A stretch of 64,000 bases of DNA from Chlamydiia bacterium (GTDB lineage Bacteria; Chlamydiota; Chlamydiia; Chlamydiales; Rhabdochlamydiaceae): positions 224,001 to 288,000 of the forward strand of contig CAWDOQ010000002.1 in NCBI GenBank assembly GCA_963804085.1, read 5' to 3'. The notes beneath the pieces are model-generated. The model searched no databases and was not told the origin of the DNA. It worked only from the letters and a program-made list of their open reading frames with translations. Below, piece after piece: positions 31,702 to 41,634 of this stretch. Positions within the stretch are counted from its first letter, which is position 1, and every line of letters starts with the position of its first letter. Both the position numbers and the translations under genes were made by a program.

Positions 31702-32271
31702 ATGAAGACATTACTCATCGAAACCAGTCAAAGCACAGGGGCTATCGCCCTTGCTTCCGAGGGGAAAATCCTCTCTTCGCATACCTTCGGGCAAAGCCCG
31801 GGAGCTCTAAAGATTCTTTTACCTTCTATACAGACTCTACTTAGAGAACACAACTGGGAGCTAAAAGAGCTCTGCCGCATAGCCGTGGGTATTGGCCCCG
31901 GCTCCTACACAGGGATGCGTGTCGGCATCACGGTGGCGCAGACGCTCGCATTTGCCTTAAAGCTTCCTTTTACCTCCTTCTGCTCCCTCTTCGCCTTTAT
32001 CCCCCCGAAGCAGAAGGCACCTTTGCCCATATATGCGCCACCAAAAAAGGGGACTACTTTGTCGCTAAAGGCGTTAAGGAGAAGAATGCGAAGCCTCACT
32101 CATTTTGCTGCAAGAGCACGCTCCTGTCTCTGCACTGACCCTGCTCCTCGCAGATGTCGGGTTTATCGTCCGCAACGAGATTGCCCGCTTCCTCTTACGC
32201 GAACCTCTACCCTCTGTACCCTCTTGGCACAGTCACCAACTAAGGCAGTCAAGGCGCTCTATTTTCCATAA
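31702..32271 (+). CDS. tsaB: tRNA threonylcarbamoyladenosine biosynthesis protein TsaB (apparent frameshifts after about 32005)
   Basis: LLIETS, AVGIGPGSYTGMRVG; plausible sequence continues in another frame after the C6 run at 32001-32006. Confidence 0.85.
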   Translation: MKTLLIETSQSTGAIALASEGKILSSHTFGQSPGALKILLPSIQTLLREHNWELKELCRIAVGIGPGSYTGMRVGITVAQTLAFALKLPFTSFCSLFAFIPPKQKAPLPIYAPPKKGTTLSLKALRRRMRSLTHFAARARSCLCTDPAPRRCRVYRPQRDCPLPLTRTSTLCTLLAQSPTKAVKALYFP

Positions 32272-32365
32272 GAAACGACATTGCAAAAGACTAAGCGTCC
32301 AAAGCGACAAGACAAAGGTTGATTCTTATGTCGTTTTGGTCCTCTACGTCCTTTAGGTCCTTGTT
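32272..32365. repeat. Degenerate 9-mer palindromic repeat of the same family as 358-606
   Basis: Shares gtcgttttggtc and cgtcctttaggtccttgt with 547-575. Confidence 0.7.
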
Positions 32366-32451
32366 CTCTGACTCCCGCTAGATTTTAATTGCAGAACTTG
32401 CAAGACCCTATAGAATTGTAGTAAACCAATTAAAAATGGGATTGAAGTTAG

Positions 32452-32655
32452 ATGACAAGCGTCAAATTACGTTCTGGTGAGTCTCTCGATAAAGCTCTCC
32501 GTATTTTAAAGAAAAAGCTTGATAAAGAAGGCGTCATGAAGGCCGCAAAAGCTCACCGCTTCTACGACAAGCCCTCGGTTAAAAGCCGTGCCAAATCTAA
32601 GGCTGCACTCAAATACAAGAAAATGCGTCCTAGCACTTCCTATAGATCCTATTAA
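32452..32655 (+). CDS. rpsU: 30S ribosomal protein S21
   Basis: [18 protein letters not shown]...FYDKPS. Confidence 0.95.
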   Translation: MTSVKLRSGESLDKALRILKKKLDKEGVMKAAKAHRFYDKPSVKSRAKSKAALKYKKMRPSTSYRSY

Positions 32656-32716
32656 TTTTTAGCAGCTTGCTCTCTTATTTGCTAAAAACATCCAAAAATG
32701 GTAGGATTCTTGCTAT

Positions 32717-33888
32717 ATGACCGATTATTACAAAGTTTTAGGCATTGAACGCGCCGCATCCGCGGACGAGATCAAAAAGGCGTATAGAAAGGGTGCTTTA
32801 AAGTACCACCCTGACAAGAATCAGGGAGACGCGCAAGCAGAAGCTAAATTCAAAGAAATTTCAGAGGCGTACGAAGTCCTAAGCGACGATAAAAAACGCC
32901 AAATGTACGATCAATTCGGTGCTGACGCGGTACGCGGCGGAGGCATGGGCGGCGGCGGCGCAGGGCGCGCAGGCGGCTTCTCCTCAATGGAAGAAGCTCT
33001 TCGAACCTTCATGGGAGCCTTTGGCGGCGGAGGGGGAGGAGGCGGCGGGGCGACAACATTTTCGGCTCGCTCTTCGGTTTTGATACAGATGGCTCCGACG
33101 CAGGCGTGCATGCAGGCGCAAGCAAAAAGATGAACCTGACGATCTCCTTTGAAGAGGCAGTCCGCGGTGTAGAAAAAGAGGCCGCCCTCACTAACTACCA
33201 GACCTGTTCCAAGTGCGACGGAAACGGCGCAGCTTCTCTTAAAAGCATCAAAAAGTGTATGCGCTGCCACGGCTCTGGCCAAGTGCAGCAAACGCGCGGT
33301 TTTTTCAGCATGGCATCCACCTGCCATGAGTGTTATGGAAGAGGCAAGGTGATCACCGAACCCTGCACAGAGTGTCAAGGCGCAGGACGCATTAAAGAGA
33401 AGCAGCGCGTGACAATCAAGGTCCCGTCCGGCGTCGACACCGGCATGCGTTTACGTATGCCCGGCTACGGAGATGCAGGCGAAGGCGGAGGTCCTGCTGG
33501 CGATCTCTATGTCTTCCTCACAGTAGAACCCCATCCTGTTTTCGAAAGACAAGGAGATGATGTAGTGATCGAACTGCCCATCGGCTTTGCAGAAGCTGCC
33601 TTAGGCTGCAAAAAAGAGATCCCCTCTCCGCTTGGCAAGTCGTGCCGGATCCTGATTGCAGAAGGAACGCAGTCGGGCAAAGTGCTGCGCGTAAAAGGCG
33701 AAGGCGTTCCCAATGTGCACGGACAAGGCAGCGGCGATCTGCTCGCAAAAATCGTTGTAGAGACCCCCGTGCGCCTAAGTGAAAAACAGAAGCAAATACT
33801 CCAAACATTTGCTGAGTCAGAAAAAGAGAACAACTCTCCCAGAAAGCAGGGATTTTTAGATAAAATGAAAGGCTTCTTCTCTAACTAA
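32717..33888 (+). CDS. dnaJ: Chaperone DnaJ (split by one apparent frameshift near 33047-33050)
   Basis: J domain with HPD and G/F region in one frame; four CxxCxGxG repeats in the next frame. Confidence 0.95.
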
Positions 33889-33915
33889 CCCGCATTTGCT
33901 ATTCAATCAAAGAAA

Positions 33916-34028
33916 AAAGAGTTTAAACAGGATGGGCAGGATAGACAGGATGAAGATGAAGAAAGAATCTTGTTGTTTTGTTTCTCTTTCTTATCCTGTC
34001 TATCCTGCCCATCCTGTTTAAACTCTTT
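33916..34028. repeat. Perfect 36-bp inverted repeat built of caggat-based 9-mers with a 41-nt loop
   Basis: aaagagtttaaacaggatgggcaggatagacaggat (33916-33951) and its exact reverse complement (33993-34028). Confidence 0.92.
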
Positions 34029-34130
34029 ATCTTCCAGACATTTCTTTCTTCTATTCTGCGTTTTGCGTTAAATCTTCGTAATGGGCTAAATAGCTTAATC
34101 AATACAAGGTAACCAAAGACGCGGAAAAAA

Positions 34131-35162
34131 TTGAAAAATCTGAAAACAGCTATTGCAGATAAACTGCCGCTACGCTCTCTCAAGTGGGATCGTTTTTTAG
34201 ATCTCATTGGAAAAGCTGAAGAGACGATCGGTCATTTTGAAGCGGTCATATCCAGTGTGCCCCACCCCGACAAAGTCTTCTCAATATTGAAAATAGAAGA
34301 GGCTCTTGCCTCTTTGCGCATCAAAAAAAGCCCGTTGAAAGCCTTAAGCGAAGAGGACGGAATAAGCATCCAGCCCTATCTCCTCGCGCTAAAAAATGCC
34401 ACCAAAGAGATCAAAACGCATCCACTCTCTCAGGCGCTTCTTCGTAAAATTCACACCGATCTTTACAAACATTCCAAAGCGCCAAAAAAAGATGTCGGCC
34501 ACTTTCGCAAAAGACAAAACTGGATAGGACGCGAAGGATGCAAAATAGAGAAGGCCTACTACTATCCGCCAAAAGCCTCGGTTATCACTAAAGAGCTTCA
34601 AAATTGGAAAAGCTACATCCGCTATCCGGAAAAAAATGCTCTCGTCCAGCTCGCGATTCTCTTTGCACAGCTCCTCGTAATCCACCCCTTCATGGATGGC
34701 AATGGACGCGTGGCACGCATACTCACCCCTCTCTTTTTGTGTAAAAAAAAGCTCCTCGCCCATCCCCTCTTCTTCATAAGCTCCTACTTAAGAGAGCATC
34801 GCCCCCTCTATTTCCGAACGCTGTTTGCCATCTCGGATAAAAAGGATTGGGAGGGGTGGATACGCTTCTTCTTAACTGCTCTCATGCGGCAAGGAAAAAA
34901 GAATAACGAGAAGGCAGAGAAGATTGTAGTCATCTACATGGAGATGAAAGAACGGCTCAAAATTTATGACAAACCAAAAAAAATAGAGGCAATTTTAGAT
35001 CTGCTATTTTCCAATCCGCTCTTGGATGAGAAGAGGTTATCTAGTATCGACAATAAGATTGTAAGAGAGTTGCGTAAGGCGGGAATTTTAAAACAAAAGA
35101 AAGGCGGGGCGCACAAGAAAATCTGGATCTTTGCACCCCTTCTAAACCTACTGAAAGCTTAA
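34131..35162 (+). CDS. Fic-family protein
   Basis: HPFMDGNGRVAR Fic motif, GHFRKRQNWIG, WEGWIRFFL. Confidence 0.93.
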   Translation: MKNLKTAIADKLPLRSLKWDRFLDLIGKAEETIGHFEAVISSVPHPDKVFSILKIEEALASLRIKKSPLKALSEEDGISIQPYLLALKNATKEIKTHPLSQALLRKIHTDLYKHSKAPKKDVGHFRKRQNWIGREGCKIEKAYYYPPKASVITKELQNWKSYIRYPEKNALVQLAILFAQLLVIHPFMDGNGRVARILTPLFLCKKKLLAHPLFFISSYLREHRPLYFRTLFAISDKKDWEGWIRFFLTALMRQGKKNNEKAEKIVVIYMEMKERLKIYDKPKKIEAILDLLFSNPLLDEKRLSSIDNKIVRELRKAGILKQKKGGAHKKIWIFAPLLNLLKA

Positions 35163-35304
35163 CAAGGGCCCATGCCGCAGGTGCCCATGCCACCCGACTT
35201 GCTTGAGCCTTTGCGCTTCCTTTTAACTACTTTTTTTTTACGGCCTTTCTAACAACTTTTCTTTTCGTTGTTTTTTTCTTTGCCGCTTTTTTTCGTTTTG
35301 CCAT
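35159..35304 (-). CDS. Small histone-H1-like basic protein (25 aa as read; 48 aa if the A9 run is A10)
   Basis: aggag RBS, then MAKRKKAAKKKTTKRKVVRKAVKKK; continues VVKRKRKGSSKSGGMGTCGMGPC in the adjacent frame. Confidence 0.65.
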
Positions 35305-35414
35305 ATTTTCTCCTATCGAGCTTTTATCTGCTCTGGCCCACACATTGTCATTATCATTTTTTTTATTCAATAGGCTTCTTGCATCTTTTTGTAAAAGTTG
35401 GGTATTAAGGAAAA

Positions 35415-36035
35415 ATGGCCATGCAAAAAACAGACACATTCTTCTTACGCCACATTGTGTGGACGTGCACAGCTGCAATATCACTCATATTGGTGAGCTA
35501 TTTTTTCTTAGATATCCATCTTGCACTTTTTTTTCATGATATCTGGCCTACAGAGTCTATTCTGCTGCACCTGTTCAATGAGATGAGCAACCCCAATCCA
35601 CAGGTCCTCTTCTGGCCTGTGATTTTTTTTGTGGTGCGCTACATCTACAACAACAGAACAGCCGGAGAAAAAATCCTCACAATCATGCTCTCAGTATGCG
35701 TGTCCAATGCGATCTCCATCCCTATGAAAATGCTCCTGGGAAGAGCGCGTCCCGCACTGCTTTTTTCCGAGCATGTCTACTCGTTCGATATCTTTTCGGC
35801 GTATACTCTACACCTCTCCTTTCCATCAGGACATGCCATTACCATTGCATCCGTGATGGGGGCTCTCGCGTGCTACTACCCGCGCTACTCGATTCCTCTA
35901 CTCTGTGTGGCTCTATTCATGGCATTCGCACGCGTAATGGCCACCGCTCACTACTTGAGCGACGTCTTAGCAGGAGTGCTTCTCGGAATTCTTATCTCTC
36001 AGTGGGTCTTCAGCAGAATAAAAAAATATAGCTAA
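35415..36035 (+). CDS. PAP2-family phosphatase
   Basis: K..LGRARP, SFPSGH, RVMATAHYLSDV. Confidence 0.93.
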   Translation: MAMQKTDTFFLRHIVWTCTAAISLILVSYFFLDIHLALFFHDIWPTESILLHLFNEMSNPNPQVLFWPVIFFVVRYIYNNRTAGEKILTIMLSVCVSNAISIPMKMLLGRARPALLFSEHVYSFDIFSAYTLHLSFPSGHAITIASVMGALACYYPRYSIPLLCVALFMAFARVMATAHYLSDVLAGVLLGILISQWVFSRIKKYS

Positions 36036-37582
36036 GCGCGGACTGGATGCAGGAGCACTTCTTGGGTGGTTGCATCGATTTCGAAGTCGCCATATTTGAC
36101 GAGATCTGGATCCTCTTTGACTGCGCCTGCAACTTTGTTGAAGTTAAGAGGCGCTTGAGCACCTGGCTTTTGACTCTGTAAAACATTGGCAAGGAAAGGA
36201 AGCGCCGTAACTGCCAATTCCATCTTCGCGTCTAAAGATGCTTTTGGATCAAAGTTATAGAGGTTAAGCAGGACAGCCGGCATATAGGTCGGTGTGCGTC
36301 TCTCGTATTTTTGCATTCCAAACTCTTTCAACACATGCGCGCGTTGCTGCTCATCTAGCTTAAAAAAGGCCTTTTTTAAGCTCTCACCCTCCTGAGGAGT
36401 GAAGAGCCTAAGCATAGAGCCGAACCTGGTCAGCATGAAGTCTGTGGGATCCTGAGGATTAAAGCTCAGCCAGGAGGCGCGCACAGCGACATAAGCTTTG
36501 TACGCATCGAACTCTTCTTTTGTAGAATCAGAGAGTATCAGACATGCATCATAAGTGGCCTTAAGCGCTCTATAAGTATCTTGAGTACACATGACGGAGC
36601 TTTTCTTATTCACATGTCCCGCAGCTCCTGCCACATCGCACAAATGGACAAAGGAATCAAAACGCATCGCAAGCGGATTTCGAGAGGCAATAGCGCTCTT
36701 TTTAATCCGAGCAAACATCTCCGCTCCCCCTTCGCAATGGGTGACATGTCCATAATGGATAAGGGCTGCGACCTCAGCTAATAATTCTTGAGCCGTAATG
36801 GGAAGTCGATTGAAGGAAGGGGAAAGTTCCGGATTCTTTAGCATCGCCACCACTGCTTGTCCGTAAAAATCATCATGATCGGGAGCCGTGGCTCCGTAAG
36901 ATTCAAACTTAGCGCGCGCCTTAGGACTCTTTCCCATGTCCGCTAAAATTAAAGCGGTTTCAAGAGTTTGCGCCATCTGATTGCACGAGAGCCCTTTATG
37001 TTTGGAATCGATAAGAGAAAGTCCCATCTCATGTATCTCTTTAAAACTTTCCCAGGCAAGCCTCTTATCTTGAGGCTGATCTTTTGTAAGCTCCTCGTAG
37101 GCCTGCTTATCGCCTTGTAAAAAGAGCTTCAAACAGTGCAGCCCCATAATCGTGCGATCAAACTCGATGAACTTCTTTCCATATATCTGCTCAGAGTAGG
37201 GACTCTCTTCTAAAGCACGCCCCTCTTCTGTCTTCTTCACATCGCTATCGGCAAGCCAGCTGATCTCCGGATATTTCTTTAGACACGCTTCTGCCCATGC
37301 TCTACCCTCTACCCGTGTAAAGACAATTGGCTTCGGCTCCTCTTTTTTCTGAACATAGCTCGCCCCTAGCGTAAGCGCACCGGTAAACAAAAGTAGGCTT
37401 GTAATTTTTGCTGTTTTTTTCATTGTACTCTCTTCAGGTGAGGGAATTTGGGTGGCCGTTAAAGATCGCGAAGCGTGACTAAAAAAAGCGCGTGGTCTTG
37501 GAAAACACCTTGCAGAATGAGATAAAAGTGGAGGCAGACAAACAACAAAAGATGATCTACAAATCCTCGCAAGACCGCTCAT
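36032..37582 (-). CDS. Hypothetical protein with HD-like metal-site residues and an N-terminal targeting/TM region
   Basis: LILADMGK, DHDDFY, HYGHVTHCE, CDVAGAAGH; ATGA overlap with the upstream gene. Confidence 0.7.
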   Translation of the reverse strand: MSGLARICRSSFVVCLPPLLSHSARCFPRPRAFFSHASRSLTATQIPSPEESTMKKTAKITSLLLFTGALTLGASYVQKKEEPKPIVFTRVEGRAWAEACLKKYPEISWLADSDVKKTEEGRALEESPYSEQIYGKKFIEFDRTIMGLHCLKLFLQGDKQAYEELTKDQPQDKRLAWESFKEIHEMGLSLIDSKHKGLSCNQMAQTLETALILADMGKSPKARAKFESYGATAPDHDDFYGQAVVAMLKNPELSPSFNRLPITAQELLAEVAALIHYGHVTHCEGGAEMFARIKKSAIASRNPLAMRFDSFVHLCDVAGAAGHVNKKSSVMCTQDTYRALKATYDACLILSDSTKEEFDAYKAYVAVRASWLSFNPQDPTDFMLTRFGSMLRLFTPQEGESLKKAFFKLDEQQRAHVLKEFGMQKYERRTPTYMPAVLLNLYNFDPKASLDAKMELAVTALPFLANVLQSQKPGAQAPLNFNKVAGAVKEDPDLVKYGDFEIDATTQEVLLHPVRA

Positions 37583-38334
37583 AATTGAGAGCAGTTTATA
37601 TCCTCTTTTTCAGATTTGCCACAATTTGCATACTTTTTTTGAAAGTAGTCCATGTAGGCTGCAGTATGCCCGTTTTGCTTTTGAACACAGAGATATTCGT
37701 CAAAATTCGCCCAGTCGTAAGGATTGAACACTTTATTAAGAAGAAGAGAGGAGTTCCATCCTTCATGGGCGCATTTTAGCATCGTCTTTGTATAAGCGGT
37801 GATGCTCTCATACTCTATCCGTTCAAGACCTTCTGCGTACTCCTCTTTGCTTACAATCTGTCCCTTGGCTGCAGCTTCATTCCACTTGGTGACCTTTTCT
37901 ATTTGGAGCATATTGTGAAGCTCGAAAACCAGAGTTGTAAGCTTCTCATTTTTTGTGCAATTAGACCTAATCAAGATCGTTGGCGGGGCGTAGATGCAAA
38001 TTCCCATATTGTCCGGGAGTTCTTCGGGAGAAATCATCCCCACCTTAATGGCGGGCCGTTGCATTTTTTCCACCGCTTTTTGCGCCTCATTCCAAAGAGT
38101 CTCTGCGGTTTTTGATGTTCTAAGCAGCTTGAGCAGATCCTCAACAGGAGGATCTTTGATCTGTTTGATCTTCTTTTGGCTAAGCATTGACTCATTAGAA
38201 ATCTTGCTTCTTTTAGGAGACTTCTCGTTCTCTTCCCCTGCTTCCGACTTTCGCTTTTTGCTAACTTGCGAAGAAGCATTACTCGCGTTTGATATATTAT
38301 TTAAAGGAGAAACAGCGGATGTTAATGATGTCAT
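37579..38334 (-). CDS. Effector-like hypothetical protein
   Basis: Ser/Asn-rich N-terminus, basic clusters, LVFELHN...ERIEYE motif. Confidence 0.7.
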   Translation of the reverse strand: MTSLTSAVSPLNNISNASNASSQVSKKRKSEAGEENEKSPKRSKISNESMLSQKKIKQIKDPPVEDLLKLLRTSKTAETLWNEAQKAVEKMQRPAIKVGMISPEELPDNMGICIYAPPTILIRSNCTKNEKLTTLVFELHNMLQIEKVTKWNEAAAKGQIVSKEEYAEGLERIEYESITAYTKTMLKCAHEGWNSSLLLNKVFNPYDWANFDEYLCVQKQNGHTAAYMDYFQKKYANCGKSEKEDINCSQL

Positions 38335-38451
38335 AATAAATAAACCTTTTGTTTTGTTTGATTATTTTATCATTTTTAATATAAAAACCGAGCAGGAAAA
38401 ATATTTTTAAGAAGCAAAGTAAAAAATTAACAATTACCCTAGATTGAGCAT

Positions 38452-39367
38452 ATGGCAGAAAAGACAGGCAAATACGCCCATGGTGTGGTTTACATCTTTT
38501 TAGCGGTCATTAACCTCTCCCTATTTCTTCTATTCGCCAAACTTGGAACAGCAAATACCCCCTTCTTTCTCCTCTCCTTTTTCCGTTTTTTGGTGCCGTT
38601 TTTGATGCTTCTGCCCTTCTTGTATTATCAAGGGTTATTTAAAAGGCTCTCCCTCTTTGGCGACTCCAAATCCCATCTCTTGAGAAGCAGCTGCGTCCTC
38701 ATTCAGCAATACACCGTGTTTTTCTACCTATTGCATGGATCGCTATTGGATATAACTGTGCTGCTCAACCTTAGCCCGATCTTTGTCGCATTTTTAGAGA
38801 GGATCTTTTTTAAGCATCCCATCCACAAATCTGTAGCGATCAGCCTTGCAGTCTCTTTTATCGGGGTGCTCTGTGTATTGCAGCCCGATCAGGGAATCTT
38901 CTCTCTTTTAAGTCTTATCGGCATTATCGCAGCGCTGGCAAGCGCATCGTCGCAAGTGGTCTATGGCCACAATGTGCGTAAAGAACCTGCTGCAGTGAGC
39001 CTTTTCTATCTCTTCTTTATCGGATCGATCGTTAGCTTTTTGGTCCTTCTGGTTTATCAAGGCTTCGCACACGAAAGTCTTATAACAGCAACGCGCTCCT
39101 TCGTTTTTGGAGACTGGACGGCTATACTCTTCCTGCTGCTGCTTTCTCTTTTGTACTCTTGGCAACCAGGGCTTTCGCGGACTTGCTTATTCACACGGCA
39201 GGCCGGCCACTTTGGCCCCCTTCCTCTACTTTTCCGTCTTCTTTTCTGGCATCTTTGATTGGCTTGTCTTTCATAACATTCCCAATGCTTTAGCGATTAT
39301 CGGCTCCTGCCTCATCATCTTAGGCGGCTTCCTGCAGCTTTATTTGCGTAAATCGAGAGCTTTTTGA
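38452..39367 (+). CDS. EamA/DMT transporter (apparent frameshift near 39149-39152)
   Basis: FFRF, LSPIFV, IGVLCVLQP; C-terminal LAPFLYFSVFFSGIFDWLVF in the next frame. Confidence 0.85.
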
Positions 39368-39399
39368 CTTTTTTCCGATGAATGGCTAATCTTCTCCCC

Positions 39400-39897
39400 A
39401 TGAAAACACTCCTACTTTCTACACTTCTAGCCTTTGGCGCCTTGAATGCCGAACAAATTGGCAATGTTGAATATGAGCTACCCTCATCTGACACAGCGTG
39501 GAAAATTGCCAATCAGATCACAAACGAGGTGTGCACGCAATGCGTCTACTTCCATGAGAACAAGCCTGGAGAGATAGCCGAAGAGCTCTTTGGGACACAT
39601 TGGAATAACTTTCCTAAGGCAACCTTCGATCCTGCCGCCTTCAAGCAAGGAATCCAAGCCAATTTTCAAGACAAAAAGATACAGGTGACACTTGTAGAAA
39701 AGAGCCCAGGCTCCGCAATCTGCGAATGGACCGCATCCAGCTCAGACAACCAGCTCCTATTCTTTGGCCTTGTGCGCGCCTTCTCGTCCGAAAAAGGCAA
39801 CGTCCTCCTCAGCTTCCAAAGCGACCAGCCCCAAAAAAGAGACGCGCTGCGCCCCATTTGGCTCAACACTCTGCAAAAAGCCCACCCCACCGACTAA
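39400..39897 (+). CDS. Secreted hypothetical protein
   Basis: Signal peptide MKTLLLSTLLAFGALNA. Confidence 0.7.
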   Translation: MKTLLLSTLLAFGALNAEQIGNVEYELPSSDTAWKIANQITNEVCTQCVYFHENKPGEIAEELFGTHWNNFPKATFDPAAFKQGIQANFQDKKIQVTLVEKSPGSAICEWTASSSDNQLLFFGLVRAFSSEKGNVLLSFQSDQPQKRDALRPIWLNTLQKAHPTD

Positions 39898-39941
39898 GAC
39901 GCAAATCACTTTATATCAGCAGGATAATAGCCTCATATTCT

Positions 39942-39987
39942 TGACGAGAATTCTCGTCATCAGAATATTGACGTGAATTCTCGTCAA
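39942..39987. promoter_or_regulatory. Tandem palindromic operator-like sites
   Basis: tgacgagaattctcgtca (39942-39959, perfect) and ttgacgtgaattctcgtcaa (39968-39987, one mismatch). Confidence 0.75.
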
Positions 39988-40022
39988 GATCTAACATTGA
40001 TCTCCAAACGGAGCAAAGAATT

Positions 40023-40664
40023 ATGGGCATAAAGTTTACGATTATAGGAGTGAATGTCTTTTTAGAGAGACGTAAAACCAGAATGCTTGTCGGATGTTTA
40101 AAAAAGGTAAAGGGACAATTTATCTTTTCCTACGACGAACAGTATCTGCATTCTAGAAATGTGTTTCCTCTTGGCCCTGAATTTCCTTTAACAAAACGAG
40201 AGTTTCGAGCCTCTTCTCTTTTCCCATTTTTTGAAGATCGCATACCCTCAAAGCAAAATCCAGCCTATGTAGAATATTGCGCTGCGATGGGTATTAGTCC
40301 TACAGAAAAGGATCCTCTTATCCTTCTCTCAACAATTGGCAAACGTGGCCCCTCTTCTTTTATTTTCGAACCGGTTTATGAACGCTCCTTTACAGTAGAA
40401 GATGCAATAGCATTCCGTATTGCAGTGGGATTCACTACAAGAGAGTTCGCACACGTATTCGAAATTCCTCAAGCATCTGTCAATGCTCTTGAACGCAAGA
40501 GATGTTCCGGGAAAGATCTTCTGAAACGCCTTGAGATCATTATCCGTTTCCCGACTGTCGCTTTATACCTACTTATCATCAACGGTGGAATATTGCCTCA
40601 CGAAAAATGGCATCAAGCTGAAGCTGTGCTGAGAAAAATGGGAGGTGAAAAACTATCCATCTAG
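40023..40664 (+). CDS. HipA-N-terminal (HipS-like) domain fused to an XRE HTH
   Basis: VGCL...FIFSYD..YL, LFPFFEDRIP; C-terminal FR...GFTTREFA..FEIPQASVNALE. Confidence 0.8.
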   Translation: MGIKFTIIGVNVFLERRKTRMLVGCLKKVKGQFIFSYDEQYLHSRNVFPLGPEFPLTKREFRASSLFPFFEDRIPSKQNPAYVEYCAAMGISPTEKDPLILLSTIGKRGPSSFIFEPVYERSFTVEDAIAFRIAVGFTTREFAHVFEIPQASVNALERKRCSGKDLLKRLEIIIRFPTVALYLLIINGGILPHEKWHQAEAVLRKMGGEKLSI

Positions 40665-40990
40665 CACATTTTGTTAATACCCTCTGCGACAAGCATCAGT
40701 CCTGTTCCTACGAACAAGATGATGTAGTAATAAGCAAAAGCAGAACGCTCTTTCTTATTTTGCATAAAGAAGCTCTCATATAGGCAAAACCCACCTGCTA
40801 AAATTAGCATCGAACCGAATGCGATTTGCCATGGGAAATAAAATGGCCAACCCCTTAATGCAAACAATGATAAAGCAAGCGCAGGAAGTAGGTGCCGAAT
40901 GTTTTTGTCTCTAAGAAATTTGAAAATCAACCATATCGTGCCAGAGAGGAACACGCAGGTTTCAACGATGTCTTTAGTTATTTTTTCCAT
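40661..40990 (-). CDS. Small four-TM membrane protein
   Basis: Four hydrophobic stretches. Confidence 0.6.
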   Translation of the reverse strand: MEKITKDIVETCVFLSGTIWLIFKFLRDKNIRHLLPALALSLFALRGWPFYFPWQIAFGSMLILAGGFCLYESFFMQNKKERSAFAYYYIILFVGTGLMLVAEGINKMC

Positions 40991-40994
40991 TTAC

Positions 40995-41570
40995 TTAATC
41001 CGGATTTTGAGGCCCGCCGCCTAAATCCATGCCTTCATAAGGATTGTTTCGACCATGATTATCGTCATCATTATCATGACCACGATCACGTTCTTCGCAA
41101 TAAGCATTATATTCTCTTGCCCATTCTTTCCAAGATTGAACAGCATTATAGCCTGCAAAAGCCGCAACGGGTGGACATTCAATCGCAAGCCCTGCTCCAA
41201 TCGAACTTTCAAGTGCATCCACGAATGCGTCTTTAGCTCGATCGAGATGTTCTTGAGCCTCTCGACTAAGATCCTCTTCTCTACATTGTATAAAGACGCC
41301 CTTATCGTCCAAAGATAGAGATGGAAGCATTATCATCGATCTGTCCTTGCATAGCAAAACGCCTTTGCGAGTAACTGCCATTCTTTCTGGAGCTAAATAG
41401 ACTTTATCGTCTATCCAAGCTTCAACAGAATCTGGTTGCTCTCGGAAAATTTGTAGCGTTTTGATTGCTCCTACGTATCTTTGCAAGGTCACTGATTCAC
41501 GTTGTGCTGCTTGCAAACTAGCATGCATTAAGAATAAACCTGCCGAAACAGTTGCTAAAAGAAAGTGCAT
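40995..41570 (-). CDS. Secreted hypothetical protein
   Basis: ggagg RBS before MHFLLATVSAGLFLMHASLQA signal peptide; acidic low-complexity tail. Confidence 0.65.
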   Translation of the reverse strand: MHFLLATVSAGLFLMHASLQAAQRESVTLQRYVGAIKTLQIFREQPDSVEAWIDDKVYLAPERMAVTRKGVLLCKDRSMIMLPSLSLDDKGVFIQCREEDLSREAQEHLDRAKDAFVDALESSIGAGLAIECPPVAAFAGYNAVQSWKEWAREYNAYCEERDRGHDNDDDNHGRNNPYEGMDLGGGPQNPD

Positions 41571-41634
41571 AACTCCTCCAAAAAATGCAATCGCTCGTAA
41601 GCTATTCTTTTGACTCATAAGTTTCAAGAAAAAA

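Noticed and set aside
32717-33888. Genuinely split dnaJ or programmed frameshift
   Set aside because: One missing G in a G-run restores a normal DnaJ, and similar indels recur throughout the window.
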